From Antedon mediterranea (lineage: Eukaryota > Animalia > Echinodermata): a stretch of DNA of 64,000 nt. The stretch covers positions 19,344,001-19,408,000 of the forward strand of contig NC_092671.1 of assembly GCF_964355755.1 (NCBI RefSeq). Direction: 5' to 3'. The notes under the pieces were generated by a model. It saw only the letters and a list, made by a program, of their open reading frames with translations, had not been told where the DNA came from and searched no databases. Within the stretch, counting starts at the first letter, position 1. Each line of letters starts with the position of its first letter. This document shows, piece by piece, positions 13,130-26,542 of this stretch. The translations under genes were made by a program, and so were the position numbers.

Positions 13130-14085
13130 TTATTTTATTTTTTTTAAATTTTATTTTATTCAATTTCCAGGTAACATACAAAAATCATAAACAAGGTACG
13201 GCATCATTCAACAAAACAGAACAAAAGTACTATCAGCACCTGCGGGTAACCAAAAGTGGATCAGTTCAAAAGAACTGCACTGTCGAGTGGCTTTCCCAAC
13301 TAATAGTACGAAAAACGCAATAGACATAAAAACACAGTGATAGTCTAGATGAATTCGATATCAGTAATACATTTTTTCAAATCCCTTCTAAACCCCCCAA
13401 AGTTAAACAGGACTTTGTTACGAACTTCATGCGGGATACATTCCCATATTCGAGGGAAATTAACAAACAGGGAGTATTTAAATGCATTAGTTCTAGCATA
13501 CATGTGTTTAAAGGTGAGGGACTCTGGATACCGAGAATTAATTGTAAGGTATTCAAATATATCAAAATCAATTAAATTATGCAAACACTTAACTACAAAA
13601 ATTATACTATGAAATTTCATTCTTTGAACCATATCTGGTAAATTTAGAATCTTAAGCCTGTCAGTGAAATCGCCTTCAACACACAATTTAGTAACTCGTC
13701 TTAATGACTTGTTAATAGCTATATTATGTTGTTTTTGATGTGGATCCCACACAGGAGCACCATATTCAATAACAGGTCGACATAGTGCATTAAAAAGTCG
13801 TAGTAAAATTTCGGTGTCATTGAAACCTACAAACCGTTTGATAAACCCAAGCATTCTCATAGATTTCATCGATACATCATTAACGTGAGCAGACCATGTT
13901 AAATCACGTGAGAAGTTAATACCAAGATATTTATGTGAATTAACAGCTTCAAGGGGATTGGATTCGATTGTATAAATAAAATGAGGGATATAATTACGTT
14001 TCCTAGTTATGTGCATGACTTTACACTTCTTTGCATTTAATTTCATTTTATTATCCTCACACCATTTGGAAATTTTACAAAGATC
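13130..14085 (-). mobile_element. 5'-truncated CR1/L2-clade LINE (RT C-terminus, 3' UTR, A-rich tail)
   Basis: ORF 13345-14046 reads MKLNAKKCKVMHI..HKYLGINFSRDLTWSAHV..RPVIEYGAPVWDPH. A T-rich tract at 13131-13160 is the tail on the minus strand. Confidence 0.92.
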
Positions 14086-14939
14086 TGTAACTACATTACA
14101 TTTGTACTATTCTACAAATATAAAACATTCATTATTTGTTTTATACAACATCTAAATAGATTCCTGTCAATTTAATCAGATTGAATAAAAGCTAGGCCTA
14201 CATTTGATTCACATTGACAATTTTTGTTTTTTGTAACATATTTGTTTTTTTATAATATATCAAATTTTCAGCATTTATTTGGTTTTAACACAAACAACTG
14301 TAGTGTTAATTATGTCAACGGATGGCCAACGTACGCGAAAAGATTTGTTTTCCATACGTGAACAAAAGTACTATTTAACGATCGTGAAATAGTGTGTAAT
14401 ATTGCACGCCATGTGACCCAAAATCATCCAATCAAATGACAGGAATTTATTTAGGTGTTATATGAACACAAGACATCTGAACAGAAAATAGAGGTATGAC
14501 ATTCTATCTATATACAGTGTTCTCCCAATATAGACATCAATTCGGGCAAATTAAGCAAAGTACTGAATGACTGTTATGCTACTAAAAGATGTAACTACAT
14601 CAAATAATATTGTACTTTGTTCAATTGCTCTCAGTCTATATTAGCTAGACCTAACCTACCACTATGAGATAAGTGTTTATTTTATGTATAATTGTTTACA
14701 TAACACCAAAGAACTTATAACACAAGAATCTTCTGTTCATCCGAGGCGCATTAAAAAACAAACTATCGGAAGTACAGGGGTAAAAGGTCAAATTGAGCGA
14801 TACCATTTCACAGCATGGTGCAGCACCCTCTCTCCAAACTAGAAATGTAATTTGTATGAGTTAGGACTGCTATATTATACAGTAAATGCAAAATATTCTG
14901 TATTCGACTGTTTTATTGGAAAGATAAATAATTATTGGT

Positions 14940-16812
14940 AATAATAGTTCATGATATTATTAGTTACACCCTGCTTGTTCACGGAATCTGGGAATATCTA
15001 CGTTCTGGTTCCATATTACGTAGATATTTCCCATATTTCGTAAGAACAAGCAGGGATGTATCTCTTACACATATAACCAATTGGACAAGAGACAAAGAAA
15101 AAAACAAATATATACAGTATCTTGTGTCAAATTTAATTTAACTTGGTCTAAGCTTCTATATACAAACAACATCAATGTCAATACAGTTCAAAACTAACAA
15201 TAACATAACAGCCAGGTTGTGGATTGTGCATCCATTTAATGAAGGCATTGGTCTAGATGGCGATTTCATATTTACATGATGCTGTTGAATAAATAAATGT
15301 TTTTTGAACTTTGAACTTTGAACTTTGATGCTTGTTAATGACCTGATTGAAATGCCGCTGTGTTGCATTACTTATTTTAGTTTGTTCAACCTCAACATTT
15401 TCACAATCCTCCAAATCGTGCAAAATTGTGCCAAAGCCCAGGCAAAGCTAAATTTTCTTGAATCGTATCAGGTGGAACTGAAGTTTGAGTCATAAGGTTT
15501 AGACTGAGCGACCTCCCCATATCTAATTTTTCTTCATCTGAAACACGTTGGTAGATGGAAAGTGAACTTACTGACTTGTGACCCGTAACGTATTGAATTT
15601 GTGATGCTGCAAAATGTTCTCGTGAAAGTATTGTAGCACCAGTAACACGTATTGAATGATTGGTGTACACTTTTGTAAGTTTGTATTTTCTACTGAGATT
15701 CTTCATGAAACCTCAAAGTGTAACAATCTCTACACACTTAATACACTATCATATTATTGTTCTTGATTGGAGCAATTAGGGTTCAAATGTTGAAGATAGC
15801 TTTCAAATGTTGAAGATAGCTTTCAGATGATGCAACTGTGTTTCTTTTTATTTCTGGCATTAGTGCTGTGTAGCTCTGCCTTCAAACTCATTGTGGTTTT
15901 TGTTAAATTCATCGATAGCTTTGCATATGTATGTCTCTATTTACATCAGTCCTAATGACAAATGTGCGTTTTGTCATTTCATGCCTATTTTCAGCTCCTC
16001 GCCGAAAAAAATAAAATCTAATGTCAAACTGATCCTTTTCTTGCAGCACGAAAGGATCTTGCATCGATTCGAAATTGCTGTATAGCTTTTGTAAATCCAA
16101 TTTGACTATTTCAGGATGATGCGAAATTTCAAGTTTGACTTGACGTAATGCTGCCTTAAAATATTGGTTGGATGTTTTAAACTCCCTCTCCTTGATTATA
16201 TCTAATCCTCTTTCATATGGTGGATGGTTTAAATGTCTATTTAAGCTATGGCGAAAACTTTATACAGTGATTTCTCACCGTAACCGTCGCTGCTCCCTGA
16301 AGTTTCACAGTCACGGTTTTGCTTCCGAGCACCTAGCGGTTTCATTCAGTTTTTCCGGCGGAAATATCTCAAAGCATATTACATCATCCCCACTTTCCTC
16401 CAAATATGCCCGAAATGCCCTGGCTGCTTTCAAATTCGCTTTGATTGTGTTTTTCGGTGTGCTAGATGTCTTTTATTACCGATATTTCTTCCCTTGAATG
16501 GTGTTGAAATCGACAACCTTTATTTTCATCCATTTTGACCTCTAGCTATCAACAACAATAGGGAGCTTTCAACGATTACGCTCCGAAGCTTTTTTTATGG
16601 ACCATCGAATTTGGGTTCATATTCGATGGTAGAAATCACAACTACCCATGCGCTCAATGATAAAAATACGCGCATAGAAACATCAACCAGGTAGTATGGG
16701 ATATATTACCCTTCTGATCCGCTTGACTGAGTAAATGGGCGTAATACAGAATTATATCTCATACATATTGACCAATCGTATTACAGAATTCATGTACACT
16801 AAGAGATAATAA
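14940..16812 (-). mobile_element. Crypton-like (DUF3504-type tyrosine recombinase) transposon, pseudogenised
   Basis: Minus-strand fragments DLQKLY..QEKDQFDIRFYFFRRGAENRHEMTK (catalytic R box) and YTNHSIRVTGATIL..IQYVTGHKSVSSLSIY (HxxR, H, Y). The frame is broken, including by a 20-bp duplication at ~15784-15823. A long terminal hairpin lies at 14968-15055. Confidence 0.8.
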
Positions 16813-16859
16813 TAAATATATTATAATAATATAAATAAATCATTTTCCTGCTGTTATAT

Positions 16860-18780
16860 TTAACGACCTAAACAATTGAGCAAGTACTGCAAAGTATAAA
16901 AAACTTTTACCAATTTCCTGCATTTTTATTGTGTCTTTTGACACTTTAATTCTCTATTAAAATATTTATCGGCATAAAAAAGCCTCGTTCGAACAAAAAA
17001 ATTAATATTTCAATTTCCAGTCCACACACGTGAAGTTGTTTACCTACTCTACGAAAAGTCACATTTATGTGTAATTTAATCTTTTCACCAATATTGCTGG
17101 TAGGTAAATATTTGTTAAAACACTTTTAAAACTATTCCACACACTAATGTCAAACTAACCATGATAGGATGGAACAAACAGTGAACAGAAATATCACTCG
17201 TCAACAGAAAATGCCTTGAAATGTGCCTTGTGTGTCATTTATTAACACATTTTTACAAGCATTAAAATCATGTTTTGTCAAAACCTTTTGATTAGATAGC
17301 CAGCAATATAAACATTCATTTGGGGGTGGTCTGGCCTCATTGTTTATTCTATCACTAACATTTCACCGAGTTTTTCCACTTCAAATCCTCTCTATTGCTA
17401 ATAATCATCATCATTTACACTGTTTTTTGTTACCAAGAGGAACCATCATTTTTTTAACCGTAATTTGCTTTAATGAAGCACAAACTTTCACCTCTTTCTC
17501 TTATAGCAGAAAACAAATCCAGGCAATCTTGATAGTCTGTTTGTTAGTATGAAATTGAAATTAAAGTGGTTATTTAGGTCATTAAATAACTTGGTCATCC
17601 CTTGTATTGTTAACCATCCTTTTAGGCAATCAATATTTGTTGTAGATTCATCTTTTACGGAAAGATTTTTTATCCATTCGATGGACTTCTATAAATTACC
17701 TTGTCATTAAGATTCCTTGAATCACAGGAATCAAAAAGCTTATCAAATTTATTTATAAATTCTGCAGTATGAACTGCCTCAGAATTTAATTTTCCTAAAG
17801 ACGCATAGGTTAATATACCCGATGCTACACTATGGCTTAATACCTGTGCAGCTAGACATACCCTCATTGGAGTAAACGGTGGTAGTTCTATGTGTTTATC
17901 GGTTAACTTGGGTGCCATTCTCAATGCCAACTTTGAGTCATGCCTATAGAAGTCAGCAATGTGTTGCCACTTTATCTCGTGCCCATTATCAATGAATATG
18001 TGCCTTTTCAAATTGTTTTGAACAATCTTTAGCAAATGAGGTCAATCAAACATGAAATAAATCTTATGTGTACTAGTATTAATTGTACAATATATGGTTT
18101 CTCTTCATTGACACCAAATAACGTAAACATCTTACTTTTATAATAAGACTTCACAATGCAATCGTTCACTAGAAGCTTGATGCCAGAAACTATCCTAGTT
18201 GTTGCTTCCATTTTGATGCCATTCCTTGAACCATACCAATGGTACCATAATCTTCCATTGCTTCCATTACATCCTTATGTGAATTGTATACTAATCCATC
18301 CTTCAGTCTCATTTCATCTAGGATTAGAACACATACTTTTTTCTTTTGATCAAACGCAATTGAACGTTCTTTAAGTGATTCAAATGTCATCTCAATCTCA
18401 TTCAATCCAGGCTGAACTTCTACTCGACCTAAACACTTTCTCAACGTGTTCTCATGAGCGAGTGCGAATGTTCTTCTAAACAAACACCGTATGCTTTCGC
18501 ACTTTGATAGTGTAAATCTAATGCTAACAATTTATCTTCTTTCCTTTTTTATCCCTTTTTCCGATTCATATTGCAAAGAAATAATTCTAATGCCTTTCTC
18601 CTCATAGAATTCTTACATTTACGTAGAATACCGTTAATTGGATCACTTGAATCATCTGAAATTTTAGACTTTATTTTTTACATCTTGGCTTTAAAAGCAT
18701 AAAATAGTCAATGTTATTAAACATGTTAACGTTTTTAAGCCGTAATACCTTGCAATTCTGTTTCAGTTTTTATATATCGC
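16860..18780 (-). pseudogene. P-element/THAP9-family transposase remnant
   Basis: Fragments CVLILDEMRLKDGLVYN..MVQGMASKWKQ, IKWQHIADFYRHDSKLALRMAPKLTDKHIELPPFTPMRVCLAAQVLSHSVASG and LTNRL/QDCLDLFSAIR (~17500-17545) are in the correct order but carry many frameshifts. Confidence 0.88.
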
Positions 18781-20335
18781 TCGTTTTCTATTGATGTTTT
18801 CTATAAATGTCAACTTCGTCACGTGTAAATCTTTGTATGCCTTGAATGAATAGCCAGGAAATATTTCAAGTACAAAATATATCCTACATTTCCATAAATG
18901 TAGACAATAAGAATGTCTATTAGGCCTGTGTAGACATTATACAACAATAAGCATGTTTTACAATTTTTACTCGATGGTATATAAAGTTGGTTCGTACTTT
19001 CGGTACTGATTTTAACCACCTGATGTAACCCTGTGTACTAATTAAATTAAGTTAGATAATTAGTTATTGACGATTAAAACGAATTTAGGTTCAACGATTT
19101 GCCCCAAATAGGGGTGTTTTCCGATCGTGGTATACACTGTCTAATGGATGTCCATCTTGAAAAATACCCGCCACAAAAATGCGAGGAGGCTTCGCATTTT
19201 CCTATCTCCTCCTACGATAATTGTTTTTAATAGCTGAAAACCGGTTGAACAGCTCGAGTACAGTATCATAATGTTGAAGACAGGCCGATTTTCTTAAAAA
19301 AATACTATTTTGATAGATTTAATATACGTTTATGCAAATGTATTGATTTGAAATGAATGGAACATTCCAATCTCTGTTCCACAAGTGTCTATTCCCTCAG
19401 GCGTCGTAAAGGCAAGTACTGTATACTCATAACAGAAATTCGATCCATTTTTTTTTTCAATCTGTGCTGCAGAGGTTGGATATAGATTTTTTTTAACGGA
19501 TAATGAGCTAGCGTTTTCAGTCGCCGTATAATTATGTACAAATCTTTATTATTGCAGTTAAACCACCCACGTGACATCATCACCCTTCCCTCACTGGCAT
19601 GAGTAGCGTTGTAAAGCCAGTAGAGGATAGGCCTACGGTGCATCACATGCCCTAAACGCAGAACAACTTTGGTGGGTAGGGTTAGGAACCAACTTAAGTA
19701 TGAATTGGCTCTAAGAAACAATTGAAAACCATTAGGCCTACTAATTAAGTTGAGTTAGATAATTTAATATTTATTGACGATTAAATTGAATTTATGATTT
19801 GCCACGAATAAGGGTGGTTTTCACAAATTGTTTTACATTATATAAACATATTATACACGTCGTAGTGATGTATCGTTACATGTACTGTACTATTTCAATC
19901 GACTAGGACGGTGATAGTTTCAACAAAGTATTACATCGCAATGTTTTACTGTGTTTAGTGGTATATTATTTGTAAAACATGAAAACAATTAATATTTCGT
20001 TACTACATGGATAAAGAATATATTTAAAAATTGTTCCTCTTTGCACCCATCCTCTTTCCCATCCCTCAACCCTAATGTTACATACAAAACACAAATTAAG
20101 TTTGTTTAAATTTGACTTAAACAATTGGTCTCATTTTGTGACAAGTTTCTCTTTCGGAAGTAATTCCCAGGGTGCTAATTTTAGTTCAGTACATAAATCA
20201 CAGTGTCTATTTATTCGTTCCCGTAAACGACATGTATTATTGTCCTGCAAGTATTATTGTCCTGTATACATTTGAAATCGCCAGTTTTTTAACGCTGAAA
20301 TTATTATGTATTCGAGAACCATCTGTGGGCACGAC

Positions 20336-20374
20336 CTAGATGGGACGCGAGCGAAGCGAGCGTACCATCTAGTT
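20336..20374 (+). mobile_element. Helitron-like 3' terminus
   Basis: CTAGATGG-GACGCGAGCGAAGCGAGCGT-ACCATCTAG|TT forms a GC-rich hairpin ending in CTAG. The 5' boundary was not resolved. Confidence 0.55.
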
Positions 20375-22293
20375 TATAACTATTGTCTTATCAACCATTC
20401 TATCTGAGGTTTCAGGTCTGTCCAATGTATTGTAGGAAGCTTTCGCTTCAATGAAATGCCTTGGTGGATTTGGCACATCAAAAATAGTTGAAATTGCATA
20501 GTATCTGGGAATCTTTGAAATGAGTCTAGCAAAGTTTACAATTATTGTACAGTTGAGAAGCTGATTTATTCAACAAATCCTTTCTTCTTATGTATTGGAC
20601 CCACTTTGCTGAATTCATAATTTATTCTATAGTTGAATATTTTCTGATATTATAATAAAAGCCACTCTGAGTTACAATTGCCACTGGTGCATCCAATAGG
20701 GGGATCCACAGGGTCCAGATCGTCCTCCGTTTGTGTATTTTCCAGGGACCTATTAATTAACAGCTCTATTTTCAAAAATCTCTTCGCTCAGCCCCAACCA
20801 TGGTAGGGCTGGTCCTGGAGACTTTGAATTTTGTTTCATAATTTGAAGTATAATCCAATTTCCGGAGATCAGCAACTCTATTTTTCAAAATTCCAAACTT
20901 GGTGGACTGGTTCTGTAGACTTTTTTTTATTTTGTTTCATGTATAACGATTTTAAAATAGTGAAAGATACGATTTCAGCATGGAAGGCAAACAATTTTTT
21001 GGGCCTTATTATAGCATTAATGATGACCATATCGGAAGTATCTTCATCTGGGACTTCCCCTGGTGTTTGCATAATTGAATGCAAAAAAAATCGGCTTTGT
21101 TTTGCGCGCTCAATTTAGTGTCATTTCCGGAAAACTAGGGGTGTTTTTTAACAAAATTTGCTTCGCCACAGGCCACAGGTGGGGGAAGTGTCCTTTTTGT
21201 GTGGGATCGAAAATGTCTAAATCCGCCCCAGATTACCTAAACTTTTTTTATATTTGAAAAATGTTTTATTCGAAGTAAGCATGTGAATGACAAGACATGG
21301 GTGAGGCTGGGGTGGCAGAGCCTAAAGATGGTGAAATTAAGGGCTGCTTTGCATTACAATTTGCAAAATGTAGGGGGTGGGGGGGGGGGGGGGTCTGGCT
21401 GATCTAACTACTGTTTTCTTAAATTTAATTATTTCTTAAAGTATATACATATTGAGGCACACTACTCCATTGCTCACAATGGCGCACCGATCTCTCATTC
21501 TATCCCAGAATGCCTTGTTAAGCGCTTTGGATAAACAGGATATTCTGGTGTTATAAGTTCTTTGATAAAACCATTTTAATGCCAGTTGGAACCAATTTAA
21601 TCAAGCAAATCTTGCTGCCAAAACTTGCTTTGGGAAACACTGATATTTTTTCTGATATACTGTAGCGAGAAAAAGAAAATTATGTTGTATTTATTTCTCA
21701 ATAATATGGATTTTAATATCTTAATTAATAATAATGTATAATATTGAAATAAGATATATATACAAAGTAATAAATATTTAATTTTAATTTTATTATAATT
21801 GATATTTTATTACTAAGAATAGTTTACTGTACTTTAACAATGATTGCTATTGTGATATGAAATCATTTTAGCTCTAAGATCAGACCAACAGTTTGTATTT
21901 CAAATAAAAACTTTACAATATATATTTGTTGTGAATTTATTACAGTAATATACAATAGCCTATGTGTTGATTGAAGATTGAGTGTATGAGAATCTGTAAA
22001 TACAAGTATATATACAAGAAAATCAATAAAGCAGGCATATTTGTTACATTAAAATGATTATGCTACCAATAGCATACATTAGTAAAATAGAACAATCAGA
22101 CTGTCAGCTAATGAAAATGCAAAACATTGTTTTATTTATATTTATATCTATACAGTATATATTATTTATTGTTTAACCTGCCTAAAATCCAAAAGATTGT
22201 CCCAAGTCACTGAATGCTATGTTGTCAATCCTCATTTTAGTTTCTCATGTTTAAAGATAAATTTAAAGTTTATTTTCATACTACTGTATGATT

Positions 22294-23058
22294 TCAGTTT
22301 ATCTCATTTGATTTCGTAGCAATTGCTGGCTCACTCTCGAATAAATGATTTATCATACTAACATTTGTATTTAATTCAGAATTGATATTTTTTAACTTTT
22401 TCATTTGTTCATCATTAACTTTCTTTTCATTTTCATAAATTTCTTCAACTTTTTTCTTCATTTCATCAGCTTTTTTCTTGATGACTTGTACCATTTGTTG
22501 AACTTGGTTATCAATATCTGCGAGACTTTCCTCTCTACATTCTTCTAGTTCGTTAGCATTCTTCTTAGCGACATTAAGATGATTTTCTAATCTTATTATT
22601 GAATCATTGGCAGATTTCTTTATTTCTTTTGAATCTTCCTTAAACTTGTTGAATGCTGTTAAAATATCAATTATTTCATGTTTCCCATCCCCTTCTGCAT
22701 GTTCAATTTCAGTACATTCTATGCATATTGGTACTTTACATTTTGTGCAATACATCTCTAATGGTTGAGTATGAGAAGAACACAGTGGTGCAGTACCGTC
22801 ATCTTTCTTATCATGTTGGTTAATTGGAGGAATTGTATTTGGTGAAAGATGTTGAAGCCCTTCAACTTGAATGGAATATGACTCTTGACAAGTATGGCAT
22901 TTTAGCTTCCCATTGTTGATTTCAATCCATTTCTCCAAACACTTTAGACAGAACCTATGATGGCAGCTAAGCGATTTTTGGTTTTCTAGCCTTCTATTAC
23001 AGATAGAACATTCTAGTACTTCCTCATCTATACCTCCAAATAAATAATTGCTAGCCAT
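22294..23058 (-). CDS. TRIM (RBCC) E3 ligase-like protein: RING C3HC4, B-box 2, coiled coil; no C-terminal domain (possibly truncated or a pseudogene)
   Basis: 254-aa ORF with CSIC..CHHRFCLKC..CHTC and CSSH..YCTKCKVPICIEC...H. A splice acceptor TTCAG sits just before the ATG (23060-23062), with candidate 5' UTR donors at 23549 (GTAAGT) and 24258 (GTGAGT). Confidence 0.85.
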   Translation of the reverse strand: MASNYLFGGIDEEVLECSICNRRLENQKSLSCHHRFCLKCLEKWIEINNGKLKCHTCQESYSIQVEGLQHLSPNTIPPINQHDKKDDGTAPLCSSHTQPLEMYCTKCKVPICIECTEIEHAEGDGKHEIIDILTAFNKFKEDSKEIKKSANDSIIRLENHLNVAKKNANELEECREESLADIDNQVQQMVQVIKKKADEMKKKVEEIYENEKKVNDEQMKKLKNINSELNTNVSMINHLFESEPAIATKSNEIN

Positions 23059-24414
23059 CCTGAAATAGTAATTTGCAACAAGTTATTTTTTTTATTAGCT
23101 GTGCAATGTGATGGACTAGGTATACATTACCAATAATAATAGTTTTACCACCAAATATAAACTTCAGAATCATGCTAAGTAATATTATTACTCCATGTTG
23201 AGATTAGCTAGTCTATTTGATATTGTTAAATTTAATTTAATTTTGTTACCTGTTTTAATAAATGTTCCTTGGCCAGAATCTTTTACCTATATGCTGTGAC
23301 TTAGAATTGGATTTAAACCCATTTTACACTCAAAATTTAAACGCTTTTATTGTACAATAGGTTACTGCTAAATTTACAGAATCTCAATTCCTAAAACATT
23401 TATACAAATGTAATACTATGGGTAAAACCATGGAGTAAAGAAATATTTCTTAGTGACTAGTACTTGTTGTTAATGTGCTGTTTGCTGTAATTTGTTTTAA
23501 CTTGTAAGGAAAACTGCAAAATATCTATTGTATAAATATTCAAACTTACCTTATTGATTATTTTTGCTAAGAAGCTTTCCTTATACAGTAAAATACATGC
23601 TGCTGTGGTTGCAAATAGTGAAAGGAATGGAGTTTAATAATCACGAGACCTGATATCTAGGGTGTGAAATCAATCAAAGGTAAAATTTAACAATCTTTAC
23701 AGATAAGAAGCATTGAAAATGTGGGTTGTAAACAATGTAATTGTTATCTTCTGTTTGACATACAACAGACCAGAGACACAAAGGCAGCAACAAACAGCTG
23801 CTTTTAGTTTTATATGGTAGTATGAAGGCAATCAAACACAGGATGCAAGCTTCACTTGCCAGGATAGGCTATCGTCACAGACTTTGATCTGTGGTGGTTG
23901 GTTAGGCTTCAACGAATTCATACAAAGCCGTCAAAATCTAGGCTATGTACACCATACGTTGAATTGGTTTTATTGCCATTTAATTGTATTTTGGTAATTA
24001 GATCGTGTTCGTACGGTGGTTAAAATAAGCGCTTAATTTCACCCATGCCTCGGGTTATAAATTGGTTTTTAACAAACATGACGTTTTAATAGGCATCTAA
24101 TTCATTTAATTGATTTGATCGAAATAGACACAATATTTCAAATTTAAGAGTTATAAGTTTTTCATTTTTTTGTGTGAATTGAAATAATTATTGTGTACCG
24201 TTCATTTTGACAATGTTGACATTAAAATGCATAGAACCATGATGATGTGTATACTCACTGTATTGTTATGTTTCATACATTCTCCTTAATTCTGGCATTT
24301 ATCAATTTATGTTGAAAGTGGGTAGGGCTTTTAATTAAATCAAGGCTAAAACGTACAGGTTCGGTACCGTTTTGGTACTAGCAGTCATGTAGATTCTACT
24401 GACATTTTGTGAAA

Positions 24415-24530
24415 GCCAACTGACCAATGGCAAATCAATCAAACGTGTAGGGGCGGGGCATAATTGTATAGCATCCAAACATTTCCATTTGATCTAGGAA
24501 AGCACTGTGTTTGGTTGTTTGATTGGCTTG
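24415..24530 (-). promoter_or_regulatory. Putative TRIM promoter (CCAAT boxes and GC box)
   Basis: CCAAT (~24424), GGGGCGGGGC (~24450-24459) and ATTGG (~24522) cluster just upstream of a candidate first exon ending at a GTGAGT donor (24258). Confidence 0.35.
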
Positions 24531-24814
24531 GTATTATATACCTGATATTAAATGATAATCGATTATATTGACAGTAAAGGTGAAACATAACCTGAAGCAC
24601 TTGATTTAATTAACTTTCATATTTATATTTTATTTTGTAAACATTTTGTATGGGTCGAACCTCTTGTTACGAGAGTGTTCCTCCGTTTTAAAGGAGAGTA
24701 ACCAATAAATATTATTATTATTATATACTCTGTGATTTGCAAGGCGCTCCTCCCACAAGCAAGAATAAACACCCGGAATCTCTCCATCATTAATGTAATA
24801 AAGTATATAAAGTA

Positions 24815-25190
24815 ATACTGCCATACTGCGTTGAAACACAGATCCTCAACAGATCACCGAAGTTAAGCAATGGAGAGTGATGGTGTAGTAATATATATCG
24901 GACTAGGTATTAGGCTGGGTTACCCCCGTTTTTTTGCGCAAATGTCCCGGGGGACAACAAGCCGGCTCCCATCGGGGTAGAAGAGTAAGGGATTATCTCC
25001 TTGTGTGCTGATCTAGCAGCCACTGGCTGCCGTGGGTCGATGGAGGGCTTAATCGGGATTTCATCAGTTTCCATATAAGCTTGAGGATCAGAAACATTTA
25101 ATACAAAGCAAGTGCAGCTAGCACTACGCCTCTAGAATACTCTGGCTCTGGAACAGTTGGCCTCAACTTTGCTAATTTGTCGTCGTTTTT
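24815..25190 (+). mobile_element. 5S rRNA-derived SINE-like element (SINE3-type) or 5S pseudogene with a GC-rich body
   Basis: TACTGCCATACTGCGTTGAAACAC..CAGATCACCGAAGTTAAGCAA..TAGGCTGGGTTACC matches the 5' part of 5S rRNA, including box A (AGTTAAGC) and a box C-like element. It continues into non-5S GC-rich sequence. The 3' boundary is approximate. Confidence 0.6.
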
Positions 25191-25662
25191 ATCAATACAT
25201 GTGGTAGGTAGTAGATGTGTTTAGCTTAATCAAAAGGAATTTGACCACAGATAGGAACCATTTCATTACTATATGACAGTGATCTAATAACAAATAATTC
25301 ACATACACTTAAAAACAATCATTTTGTTCATATTTTATTGTTTTCCTTTGAGCTTCAAGTTTCTTTACAAAGTATACTGACTTTCAAATAAAACAGAATA
25401 TAAAATATCTATTAAAACAGTTTTGTTTTTGTTAAGCTCTCTCAATTACTTATTGCAAACATTATAAATAATGAGCAAAAATAATTCTATACATATATTC
25501 TATATTGAAAAGGATTCCTACAATTTCTAAATGTCTACATACAGTATATACAATATACATTAAATACATAATATTTACAGTATTCAAATCTTTTATTTTT
25601 TATATATTTAATTTTTAGAACACGGTTACCTGTCAAATAAAATTGGTAATTTATTGTCCAAC

Positions 25663-26542
25663 CATGGAGGTATAAAATAGAAGGAGAGAGCTCGGAAGAC
25701 AAGCCTTTGTACTACGTAGTTCGCCGCCTCAGCATGTTACACAATGTTACGCGCAGTGTGACTCTCCGCGTTGTCGCTTCCTGGTCGCGTTCCGAGTCAC
25801 TGCGCATGCCTCCTGATATCGGCGACGTGACGTCACATGCTTGTTTACTCTGCATGCAGAGGAAATAAAATGGCTGCTACAGCAATGATTATATTTTTAG
25901 TCTAGATTATAATAATTATGCAAGGACTACTCCGGCCCTAGCCTAAAACTATAGACCTAGTCACGGTTTCATAATTGAATACCTCCCCCATCCATTGTCA
26001 ACAAACCCGCAAAATATACCTAATGTATTTCATCAATATCTTTGGCCGGCAATCATCGGCAGCCCAACGACTAATGTAAGAATGTAAAGTAATAACCATG
26101 TGTTCTTCACACAAAACTACAGCTGTCTGACGACGTCTATTAATATTTTATCGAAATACATATAATTGCATAAACAGCAAGTAAATTACAATAACAACTA
26201 TAATGGGAGCGTGATCAAATTTGCTTAAAATGTCATATGTAAACGTGTTTGGTATCAATATTTAGAGATTTTTTAAGCGGGAAGCAAACATTTGATTGCG
26301 CAACAATTATAACACAAACAATAGCACTGTGCATGCCAAAAGTATATGCATTTGTTTGTGTATTTTTTAGGATCTCACCTCCTCTGTGATAGAGGGCTGA
26401 CTAGAGGCGGCGGCTGACGTTGTAACAAAGTCCGCGCAGCGCGCTGTCGGCACAAGGCTTTGGCTTTGAAAATACCATGGCGACATCCTGTTAACGCGCT
26501 ACAATACATTCGAGCTCTCTCCTTCTATTTTATACCTCCATG
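25663..26542. mobile_element. MITE with 32-bp perfect TIRs and CATG termini (P-superfamily-like)
   Basis: CATGGAGGTATAAAATAGAAGGAGAGAGCTCG ... CGAGCTCTCTCCTTCTATTTTATACCTCCATG, flanked by GTCCAAC and GTCCCAAC (7-8-bp TSD). Confidence 0.88.

Noticed and set aside
24815-24930. Functional 5S rRNA gene
   Set aside because: It is too diverged, has an internal insertion, and lacks the 3' stem of 5S rRNA.
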